Below the pieces are notes generated by a model. The model searched no databases. It saw nothing but the letters and a program-made list of their open reading frames with translations, and had not been told where the DNA came from. Position numbers and translations under genes: made by a program. DNA of 63,561 nucleotides, filler included, from Chiloscyllium plagiosum (Eukaryota): NCBI RefSeq assembly GCF_004010195.1. It is 3 parts of one record of this genome, joined end to end, with 100 filler letters (N's around TTAATTAATTAA, not from the genome) between each part and the next. Parts side by side here need not be neighbours in the genome. Positions count along the whole stretch, not along the records: positions 44,254 to 63,561 come from NC_057717.1; 2 more parts are not named here. One strand, 5' to 3'. Shown piece by piece: positions 49,685 to 60,729 of this stretch (position 1 is its first letter; the number at the start of each line of letters is the position of its first letter).

Positions 49685-49899
49685 TGATTTCTGATTCCTT
49701 TAAGGGGATGGGTTTCAGGGGAATTTACTCTTGGGAGTGCATGGAGGCATAAGCGCAAACACAACATCTAACCGGCTTGACCCATAACTCTTGAACACTT
49801 AAAATTTCTCACTACATGACCTGCTTCCAATCATCCCGTGGCAGGATGATCAGGGTGAGGAGAGAAACTATTAGGATTGCAGCGGTCAGCTAGAAATTT

Positions 49900-52800
49900 C
49901 CTCTGGGAGCGGAGCTGATTTTTGCTGTGTTTCCTGTTTGTTGCCGTTTGCGGTGGAGCTCGCTTGCAGCAGGTCTCATGCTGGTTTTCTATTCAGTTTG
50001 ACAGTTGTCCGGGTTGTCAGAAACAGAAGTTATGGGCCTTTCCAATTCGATGAGAGTATCTTTTTCCAGTTAATTGATCATTATGTAGTGCCCAGGTTGG
50101 AAAGTATGAAGTGACTCACGGTGGAGTGTTGGCACTGCTGCCTTTCCCAAATCATGGTTAAGATTAATGGCCCTATTAAGGGCTTGAATAAATCCAGCAG
50201 GGTCTCCTGGGTCAGGAGTAGCGCTGTACCTGTGGGGAGTTTTGTGAGCCTGGTCACTGTCGGCAGGGGTCTTTCCATAAGAACCTCGAAAGGCGTGAGC
50301 CCCGTGCTCCAGTTTAACTTGCCACGTATTGTGTAAAGGGCTAAAGCAAGGCATCTGGCCAGGCCAGACCTGATTCCTGTTAGTAGGATAGTTATAAGCA
50401 TGCCATTCATCCGTTTCACCTGATAACTGGGGCTGATATGGAGTGTGATGATATCCCCAGGTCCACTCGTCAATTTAAATGTTAGCCTGGACTCTGAATA
50501 TGGAAATAACACCTTTCGTCCAAAATTTACACGCTGTCCTCGCGTCATCATCTTTCGTGTTGAATGCTTCCACATTCTTTTGTAATATACCAGTATTCAC
50601 CAAAATATATTTAAAACCTTGTTTAGGAGTTTATTCTTTAAAACAAATGTCTTATAGGTGGGTGAAGGGTCCCTCAGGAGTAGGTAGGTGGTCATAATTG
50701 GCTTTCGGCTAACCTGCAATGATTTGGAGCCAAATCATACCGCGTGACAGGAGGGTTGGGGCCATGGCAGCAAATCCCACCACATACCGAGATTACCTGT
50801 CCGAATGTATCATCCCCCGCTTCGCTGTGTGGTCAATGCTGTGGGCTTCCAGATCTAGTACATGGAGGTGGGTCTTGGGTCAGATAAGACCGCCTTACGG
50901 GGTGCATCAGTAATTGTAGAAATGGTGATTCCCAAGCCCCGCGGCGGATCCAACTGTCCTTGTCCACCGTTGGAGCAGCCTGTTTAGCGACTCGTACAGT
51001 GTCAGTGGCGTCAAAGTGATTCTGGACCCTCCCATATCCTGCGGGTCTGCACTACGACTGTAGTCGAGTTGTAAATAGCTTCAGGAGCTGCTGTGTCAGC
51101 GGAGATATCTCCGCGAGTGATGGAGTCACTGGCAGCGATGTTAGCAGCACACTATATATCAGCCACGACTGTGGGTAGGAGGATTGCATTCAGCAATTAA
51201 CTGATTGTGGTGAAATAGCTTCCCTACTGATGTAATAAATCCTCTGGATTCCAGATATTGCGGAAGTCGTGGACGACTCCGAATGTATATCTGGAGTCCG
51301 AATAAATGTTGATTGAGGTGTCTTCAGAGATAATAAAGGTTCTGGTAAGAGCGAACAGTTCCGTAGCTTGTGTAGATGTCTGATCCGGTAGCGCAGCAGA
51401 CAGGAGAGTCTCACAGGGTATGCAGATGGCGCACTGTGCCAGTGTCTGATGGCATGAGGTTCTGTAAAAAGGCCCATCTGTGAAGAAGAACATGTTAGGC
51501 TTATCTCGTGGTGTCTCAGAGAGTTCAGGGCGCGGCGTAACAAATTGCTGCACTCAGTCCACACAAACATTGTTTCCTGCAGAGCTCCTGGGTGACTCGA
51601 ATGAATGTTTAAAAGCAGGGACGTTCTGAAGGGAGAGGTTGGCTCAAGGGAGCAAGATGACCTCGGAGCCTGTTCGCCCAGTGGCTATGAAATGTTGATT
51701 TGATGCTGTGGAAAACAGCAGGGAGAGCAAATCGGGAAACAAAACAGTGCATCGATAGTCCAGCATAATTGGTTTTGCCGTCTCTACCTCTACCGCAGTG
51801 GTTTCCACAGCTCTCAATCTGGCCTCTATTTCCTTTACAACTGGTGGCAATTATATAAAGATCTCGGGCGCCAGAGATCCCCATGAACCTTTCTGAAGAT
51901 GGCGAACACATGTCCCACTTTCTCAGTGAAATGGCTGTGTTTAGTCAGCGAGCCCCAGAGCACGAACTGATATTAGCTGTTATTTGAGGTCTGTGACTGC
52001 CTCTTCCATCGTAGGTGATTAGCGCCCATTTGGTGGCTACTTTGGTGAGGAAGTCTTGCATACGGGTGCGTCAACGACACGGTGATCAGGAATCCAGTGC
52101 CTGCAACATTGAATCATCCCCGGAAAAGTTGGCAGCTGGATCCGTTTGGGGAGACCTTAGTAATGGCTGTCACCTGCTCCTTAGACAGTGCTCTGATACT
52201 GTGTGTGAGTTCATATCCAAGGTATTGTATTTTCTTCTGACAGAGTTGCAGTTTGTCCATGGAGACTCTGTGTCCATCCTGAATCAGGCAATGAGATAAG
52301 AGAACAGTGTCCTGTCTGCATGAATCAGTGGAGATAAAGACCACTAATAAATCGTCAGCCCACAGAGGGAGCTTGCTTTGGCTTGGAAAGTGGAGTTGCA
52401 CGCGTCCGTTGTATGCAGAGCCATACATAGTGGGGTATACCTTTGGGCAAGCCGCATGCATGTACACTGGCAGCGACATAAGAAAAGGAGAAAAAGGTCC
52501 TCGCTCTCAGGGGATAATTTCATGGAGAAAAAGGCTGAAAAGACGACGGTAACAGAGAGGCAAGTGGCCGATGCAGGGATACTATTGAGAATGACATTAG
52601 TTTCAGGGACCACCAGCGAGCAGAGAACAACGCCAGAATTGGTTTCCCGTTGGTCATGAATGAAGTGCAATAACCACGAGGTCATTCCTGACCTCGTGGT
52701 TTTTGGTGTAGGCAGCACAGGGATATTGCAGGCGCTGGTCGTAGGCACTAACACGCCATATTGTAAGATAGAATCAATGAATGATTTGATTCCCACTGTT

Positions 52801-53260
52801 GCCGACGGTGATAGATTGTATTGCCTTACTGAGAGAGGACACTTCTCTGATTGAGCATTATGGTTTATGATGGGGAAGATAGAACTCGGCCTGCATGATT
52901 GAGTTCTGTGTCCACACCGAGGCTAGAAAGTTGCTTAGCAGTTGGGGTGCTTCGGAAAAGGATTCAGTAGCTGGGCTCTGTTTATTGAAGGTGGCCAGCA
53001 ACGATGTCAGAATACAGCCCTCGCAGAACTCATTCTGCGCTAGTTAGGCAATCTGAACTGAGGGAGTACTGGCAGGGTCAATGGGAGCAAATTGCAGTGG
53101 TCGCTGTTGTAGCCGTGCTGTCAAAGATTACTAGTCGTTGGGCAGCGAGGGGCTCTTGACCATGGGAGGAACATGCGGAATCTCAGCCAGATCGTAGCAG
53201 AGCAGTGCAGTCTACTATGCATTGAGCTGGACTTCTGCTGCAACCTCCTGTCGTCCCAAA
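49900..53260 (-). mobile_element. pol: ERV pro-pol (PR, RT, RNase H, IN), inactivated
   Basis: RT start SVRQYNLSP..GIKSFIDSILQYGVLVPTTSACNIPVLP, then AFFS, RLAQ, and WADDLL at the YxDD site, IQYLGYEL. RNase H: FFTDG..TQATELFAL..NIYSDSRYTFGVVHDF. Integrase: QVKRMNG..TGLTPFEVLMER..FQPGHYIMI. Confidence 0.9.
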
Positions 53261-53269
53261 AATGCAGTC

Positions 53270-56075
53270 CGATCAGGGCCAGCGGGAATGTCAGAGCGAG
53301 ATGAAAGTACACAATCACACTGTAATGTGTGCTGAGGCAATGCAATTCAATTGGCAAAGGCAGCTTGTCAATACCACTCAGCAGATGCAGGATGTAGTGG
53401 GGGATAGAAAGGCTGTTGGCAAGTGGGAAAGGAGGGGGTCAAGGAGGTCACGTTCAGATGAGTGCGAATATGATCAGGCACAGATGTATTCTGAAGGCGT
53501 ACAGGACACTGGGCATTTGGAAGAGGCAGCCTGAAGCATGGAAAGATGTGTGTCGGGGATTTCGAGCGTGACACCTTGTGGAGAGCAATGAATGCTAGCT
53601 TTCCATTCACACAGTTTGCAAGTCCAGGAAGGCTACTGGGCATGATACAAATATTGTCGGTGTATCCGGGACTGTGACAAAATCTGTGCAAAAGTTGACA
53701 AATCAGATTACGACTGTAAAATGGGTACTACAGAAATAAAAATGTGTTGCTGGAAAAGCGCAGCAGGTCAGGCAGCATCTAAGGAACAGGAGAATCGACG
53801 TTTTGGGCATAAGCCCTTCATCAGGAATGAGGAAAGTGTGTCCAGCATGCTTAGATAAAAGGTAGGGAGGAGGGACTTTGGGAGGGGCTTTGGAAATGCA
53901 ATAGGTGGAGGGAGGTCTAGGTGAGGGTAATAGGCCTGAGTGGGGTGTGGGCGGAGAGGTCAGGAAGATGATTGCAGGTTAGGAAGGCAGTGCTGAGTTC
54001 GAGGGATTTGATTGAGACAGGGTGGGGGGAGAGGAAATGAGGAAACTGGAGAAATCTGAGTTCATCCCTTGTGGTTGGAGGGTTCCCAGGCAGAAGATGA
54101 GGCGCTCTTCCTCAAACCGTCGTGTTGCCATGGTCTGGCGATGGAGGAGTCCAAGGACATGCATGTCCTTGGAGGATGGGGAGGGGGAGTTAAAGTGTTG
54201 GGCTACGGGGTGGTTGGGTTGGTTGGTCCGGGTGTTCCAGAGGTGTTCTCTGAAGCGTTCTTCTAGCGTTACTTCCCTCCAAGGCCCCAAGTGACACTTC
54301 CATATCCGCCACAAATTACACTGGCACCACCCCCCACCTTTTCCTCCGCTACATCGATGACTGTATCGGCGCTGCCTCGTGCTCCCACGCGGAGTTTGAA
54401 CAGTTCATCGACTTTACCAACAGCTTCCACCCCGACCTCAAATTCACCTGGACCGTCTCAGACTCCTCCCGCCCCTTCCTAGACCTTTCCATTTCTATCT
54501 CGGGTGACCGAATCGACACGGACATTTGCTATAAACCGACCGACTACCACAGCTACCTAGACTACGCCTGCTCCCACCCTGCCACCTGTAAAAACGCCAT
54601 CCCATATTCCCAATTCCTTCGTCTCCGCCGCATTTGCTCCCAGGAGGACCAATTCCAAAACCGTACAACCCAGATGGCCTCCTTCTTCAAGGACCGCAAT
54701 TTCCCGCCAGACGTAGTCGACGATGCCCTCCACCGCATCTCTTCCACTTCCCGCTCCTCCGTCCTTGAGCCCCGCCCCTCCAACCACCACCAGGACAGAA
54801 CTCCGTTGGACCTTACCTACCCCCCGCCACAAACCTCCATGTACAACGTATCATCCGCCGTCATTTCCTCCACCTCCAAACGGACCCCACCACCAGTGAT
54901 ATATTTCCCTCCCCTCCCCTATCAGCGTTCCGAAAAGACCACTCCCTCAGTGACTCCCTCGTCAGGTCCACAACGCCCACCAACCCAACCTCCACTCCCA
55001 GCACCTTCCCCTGCAACCACAAGAAATGCAACACTTGCGCCCACACCTCCCCGCTTACTTTCCTCCAAGGCCCCAAGGGACACTTCCATATCCGCCACAA
55101 ATTCACCTGCACCTCCACACACATCATCTATTGCATCTGCTGCACCCGATGTGGCCTCCTCTATATTGGGGTGACAGGCCGCCTACTTGCGGAACGCTTC
55201 AGCGAACACCTCTGGAACACCCGGACCAACCAACACAACCACCCCGTAGCCCAACACTTTAACTCCCCCTCCCACTCCACCAAGGACATACAGGTCCTTG
55301 GACCCCTCCATTGCCAGACTTTGGCAACACGACGGTTGGAGGAAGTGCGCTTCATCTAACGCTTCAGCGAACACCTCTGGAACACCCGGACCAACCAACA
55401 CAACCACCCCGTAGCCCAACACTTTAACTCCCCCTCCCACTCCACCAAGGACCACATTTTCAGCTCTGATCTCCAGCATCTGCAGTCCTCCCTTTCTCCT
55501 ACTACAGAGATAGCCATGGTGGGACCAGTTTGCGAACTAGAGGAAAGTTTGAAACAGGAAGGTGCAGATCAGTGGATGGCCCCAGAGTCAAGCAAGACTG
55601 AAATGAGAATCCTCTCCCCTCAACTCCGCGTGAATCCTGTCTTTTTTCTGACAGACACTGGGAGCGGCGTATGGAGGCAGCCTGCAACGGCTCCTTTGCG
55701 AGGCAGCCCGAGGATTTCGGAGCCTGGGGAAATGGCTCCGCCACAGTGCAGGCAGCCGTTTGAGGAATCCAATTTTGCTGTGAGTGGGAGGGCTGGGAGA
55801 GAGTGGACCCATTCGTGTGTTGCTGGCTTGAGGCAGCCCAATAGTCCTCTGCCCAGTGGCTTCTCTGAAACTGATCACTAATTCTGTAATGATCGTGCTG
55901 CACCTGTCTGGAGATTTCATGGCAGCTGTACCTCCCTGCCAGATTCTTGTGGTCTAAGCGGGTTTGGGTGGCGGTGTTAGTTAAGACTGCTTTGTGATTG
56001 CCATACTCTCTATGAAGCTGCTAGGTAACAAGCAGACCCCTCATTTATCAGTGCGTCCGGTTCTGGAGTCGCCAG
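53270..56075 (-). mobile_element. Presumed ERV gag/leader region, split by a Penelope insertion
   Basis: Lies directly upstream of pro-pol, continues past the TSD at 55500, and ends at a candidate PBS (56065-56074). No clear gag motif is recognisable. Confidence 0.45.
53735..55499. mobile_element. Penelope-like element with an inverted partial copy, flanked by a 9-bp TSD
   Basis: A - strand 3' part (53735-~54290) is joined to a + strand RT C-terminus and GIY-YIG region (YIDDCIG, PFLDL, YKPTD.HSYLDY, IIYCICCTRCGLLYIGVTGR). TACTACAGA at 53726-53734 and 55500-55508. Confidence 0.92.
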
Positions 56076-56089
56076 CGCGAATTTACAGG

Positions 56090-57135
56090 GAGACAGTGAG
56101 ATCTGCAGATGCTGGCGATCAGAGTTGAGATTGTGTTGCTGGAAAAGCACTTCAGGTCAGGCAGCATCCGAGGAGCAGGTAAATCGAAGTTTCGGTCTGG
56201 AGCCTATCATCTGGAGGATATGGGAGAATTGGAAGGAGAGACTCTTGAGAGTGAGGACCAGTTCAGCAAAATGAATAAGAGTGTCAATGGAAGGATATTG
56301 GTGACCAAGTCGGGAGAAGAAGAGACGGAGGGCTTGAAGGCCCTGGTCATGGCGGATGGAGGTGTAGCAGAACTGGTTGTCCATGGTGAAGATGAGGAGT
56401 TGGGGCCGAGCAAACGGAAGTTTTGGAGGAGGTCGAGGGGGTGGGTCGTCTCCCGAATGTATGTAGGGAGTTCCTGGACCAGTGGGATTGGACAGCATCG
56501 AGATATGTGGAGGTGAGCTCGGTGGGGCAGGAAAAGGCTCAGATTACAAGTCAGCCGGGGTACTCAGACTTGTGAATCTAGGGGAGGAGGTTGAATCAGG
56601 TGGTGCGCCGATACCGAGCTAAGAGGTTAGAAGTTTGGGTGGGAGATACTCGGAGGTGATGAGCTTGTGTATGGTATAGGAAATGATGGCGGTTGGACAG
56701 GTTGAGGCAGTTGATGTCACGGCGGCAGTTTGAAATTAAGAGATCAAGGGCAGGTGCAGGTCAGCACAGGGTGTCGCGGTAGGTGAGGTGTGTTGGAGGT
56801 GGGAGAAGGTGTCTAGGTTGTAAAAGTGGGCACGGAGGCGGAATAACTTCAAGGTCGCAGCGTGCTTTGAACTCATGAATCTGGACCGTCGAGGGGGAAA
56901 CGTGCAGCCTTTACTGAGGACTGAACATTTATACCCAGTGAGGGTGAAGTCCGAGGGAAAGGTGAAAGCATGGCAGGGATGGGTGCTAGGATCTGGACTG
57001 GAACTGGATTAGAGTTGGGACCAGAGCTTGGACTTGCAGTGGGGGTGGATTTCGAGGGCTGTGGCACAAAATGTCGATCTTCATACTCGTCCCTCGTATG
57101 CTTCCTGACCTGCTGTGCTTTTGCAGCAACACACT
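56090..57135 (-). mobile_element. Older, internally deleted Penelope copy
   Basis: Terminal motif at 56100-56215, RT remnant LIFTMD..YTSIRHDQGLQALRLF, and an inverted terminal piece at 57075-57135. Confidence 0.75.
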
Positions 57136-57710
57136 ATTGTATCAAGAGGATCTCCTATTGAATTGAAACATACGTTTTATCTTGACAGCTTTGTGACCTC
57201 CGTGAAAAAATCAGTGGCTGTGGTCCATTCTCACTGAGGGAGAAAGGCAGAGCTGTGCCTGTGGGCTGTCTGCCTTCGCAGAGTCTGGCGTTCTGTGCAC
57301 TCATATCCCCTTCTGTGACCGCATGCAAGGCAGGCTGTAGCACCGACGAAGCCAGACACAAACAAGACAAACAATTAGGACCAAAGACACACCGGTAGGA
57401 CTGATGGACAGTACAGAACACTCAACAAAAAAAGAAAATACGCAGGGCGCCCTCGTCAATTTATCACGATCTCAGGCATTCATAGTCACTAAATTCTAGC
57501 TAGCAGTCTTTCCAATTGTCAGTCGTGCAAGGCACGTCCTTTCTCTGCAAACCAGCATTCTCGCTCAGGTCGGGATAACGCAAAATATTCGAAATGTGAA
57601 TGAAAGTTAGATTGACAGATGTTTTATTGTCGCCCATCTGCCATTTTCCCATGCCATCTGTCTCCACTGAGGGCGAGGCTCATGGTTCAGGGGATGAATG
57701 GAGAGTCTAT

Positions 57711-57800
57711 ATTAGTGTGGTGCTGGTAAAGCACAGTAGGTCAGGTAGCATCCGAGGAGCAGGAAAATCGACGTTTCGGGCAAGAGTCCATCATAAGGTG
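57711..57800 (-). mobile_element. Short Penelope terminal fragment
   Basis: gtggtgctggtaaagcacagtaggtcaggtagcatccgaggagcaggaaaatcgacgtttcggg. Confidence 0.75.
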
Positions 57801-59693
57801 AGGAAAGCAGTTGCGAGCGAAATACAGAACAATTTATTATAATAAGAATCCTGGCCCCCTTCCGTATCTACCTTCAGCCTGTTCTCCACACTTACCTTTC
57901 ATCCTGGCCTGCTGAGTGAGGTCGGAGCCCACCACCTCCGAATTGTTTAATTTTTTAACGTCTGGTCTGTTAGCCTGTACAGATTCAGCGCCTGGATAGG
58001 CTGTCAAACCCAGAGTTTAGGATTTAGGAAAAGAAGCCTGGTGCAGCACAAGAGACCGGATAGAGAAACACAATTAGAATTCGAAAAGTTAGCCGTGTCA
58101 TCACTGCAAGGATAGTGTGGAAGAGGTTTGACCGGAATTGACACAAAGGTGTGTGGAAGACATATTTAACAAACGGATATTTGCAGCAAAACGGCGACTA
58201 CTGACAAAGTGTTTATCGAGTCCAAACTGAGGGCATTGTTTTGTTAACATAAACTTGCAGCGGAAAATGGCCCTTCTCCTCTGGCCCCTGCGACAAAAGA
58301 TATGCTTCATAATGATGTATTTTTCAATAATGATCCTTGAAGGTTGATGTTTCTGCCCAGCTAATACTGCAGTTTTGCAGACATTAAGAAACTGTAGGAG
58401 TAGACAATGTATGTGGACCGTACGACTGCCCCGAGGCAGCGTAGTTAATGAGCAGTGGGTTTTGTGATGTACTATTTAACGTGTAACACTCTGTATTTCA
58501 TTGGAATACAGTGGCCTTTTCTGAATAAAGATGCAATGCCGCATGGCCATGTTTAAACACTCGTTAATCGTTCCATGTCTTCTCTCCTGATTCGAAGTAA
58601 GATTTCCTTTTCCACAACAAGGTTTTCTTGAATTTGTTACTGTTTTTCGAGGGCGTCACCGAATCTGTTTGATTAAGCTTCCTCTTGGGCCCGTTTATGA
58701 GGAATGCCGCTGAGTCTGCTTTGCGTTTGGTAGGCGCTGTCACAATCATTTTTTCTGTTTNNNNNNNNNNNNNNNNNNNNNNNNNNNNNNNNNNNNNNNN
58801 NNNNNNNNNNNNNNNNNNNNNNNNNNNNNNNNNNNNNNNNNNNNNNNNNNNNNNNNNNNNNNNNNNNNNNNNNNNNNNNNNNNNNNNNNNNNNNNNNNNN
58901 NNNNNNNNNNNNNNNNNNNNNNNNNNNNNNNNNNNNNNNNNNNNNNNNNNNNNNNNNNNNNNNNNNNNNNNNNNNNNNNNNNNNNNNNNNNNNNNNNNNN
59001 NNNNNNNNNNNNNNNNNNNNNNNNNNNNNNNNNNNNNNNNNNNNNNNNNNNNNNNNNNNNNNNNATGAATGCTAACGAACTTGCTTGCCTCTGGATTATG
59101 ACCGATGAAAGCCCATTTGGTCAGCCCTTGACACCTGTGAGGTTCAAGCCTTTCTTAACGACGCCCCCGATACTTTTAATTGCTTAATGTCAGTTTTAAT
59201 TGGATCGTACAAATCTGCAATAATTATAGTTGCTTACTTCAGGATGCCATAACATTAATGAATTTGGCATACGGGCCGCAATGGGCTCCGTTGTATTTCC
59301 GCTGGATCGTGGACTGATGCAGAGGCACGAACATCTTGTCTTCAAAACGTTGTTTGAATTACAAATGGAACAGCTGAGCGGTACTTAGAATTTGCCTAGA
59401 CTTTGGCTTTTCTTTCCCTAATTGGATAATCAGCTATATGCCACAGCCATGATTTATGAGGCTAAACTCTCTAACGTTGACAGTGCTGGGACGTAATTGC
59501 CTCATTACCCTTACCAGCAACGATTAAACTTGAACGCTGAAAAACTGAGACAGGAAAAAAAGTTGAAAAACGTTAATACGTTCGTGTGTGGCGGGGAGGG
59601 GCCGTGGTGGGGGCGTGGTGGGGAATGAGAGGGAGGGATGAACTGATTCAGTGTTGATTCACTGAAGCTTGCAGAAAGCTTAACTCTTTGTGA

Positions 59694-60440
59694 TCTGGTT
59701 TGAATGCACATTTGCTTGTTGATGATTTAATGCGTTTTGTTCCCTAGAGCTCGAGATCAGGGCCTGCTTTGAATTTGATTTGCATTTTGAGAATTTAGTT
59801 CATTTATTTGATGGTTAAGGAACCGTCAGTGAATACAAGTGAAATATTAATCGTCCCGTTTTTGTATGCCGACATTAAAGACAATCTTATTTAAATTCGA
59901 ATCAGTTTAATATAGAGGGAGACAACAAGACGTTTTTTTTTTAAAAAGTCTTCTCCTAAGATTTTGCACCATTTGATATCATTATAAACCTACTTTAATG
60001 CCGACATTAAAGACAATCTTATTTAAATTCGAATCAGTTTAATATAGAGGGAGACAACAAGACTTTTTTTTTAAAAAAAAGTCTTCTCCTTCTGGTTTGA
60101 ACGCACATTTGCTTGTTGGTGATTTAAAACGTTTTGTTCCTTGGAGCTCGAGATCAAGGATCCTTTGAATTTGATTTGCGTTTTGAGAATTTAGTTTATT
60201 TATTCGATGGTTAAGGAACCATTAGTGAATACAAGTGAAATATTAATCCTCCCGTTTTTGCACAGCACATGACTACACGACTGTCAATTTCTTACTAATC
60301 CCCTTTTTATGCTGACATTAAAGACAATCTTGTTTAAATTCAAATCAGTTTAATATGGAGGGAGACAACAAGACGTATTTTTTTTTAAAAAAAGTCTTCT
60401 CCTAAGATTTTGCACCATTTGATATCATTATAAACCTATT
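59694..60440 (+). repeat. AT-rich compound tandem duplication (~400 bp unit, with a ~90 bp subunit present three times)
   Basis: 59694-59992 repeats at 60091-60438. The subunit atgccgacattaaagacaatc..gtcttctcct occurs at ~59866, ~59997 and ~60309. Confidence 0.9.
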
Positions 60441-60729
60441 CTCAAATTCCCCATCATTTCATGTTCCTGCCAAAGATCAACCTCAACCCTCTCAGCTCCA
60501 GCTGATGGACCAATCAGTGCATTAACAAACAGAAGTAAAAGCAGTAAAAATGCAAATCCTGACCTCAGCAGGTCTCTACTCCTTTCTTAAAAATAAGCTA
60601 AACATAACGTTGAGGAAATTCACTCCAGATTGTAACATTTGCACATTAGGTTGAGACATTACAAGAATCTTGTAGAATTTGGGTAAAAATTGTAGAACAG
60701 AATATATCAAGTTAGATCCAAAATATAAA

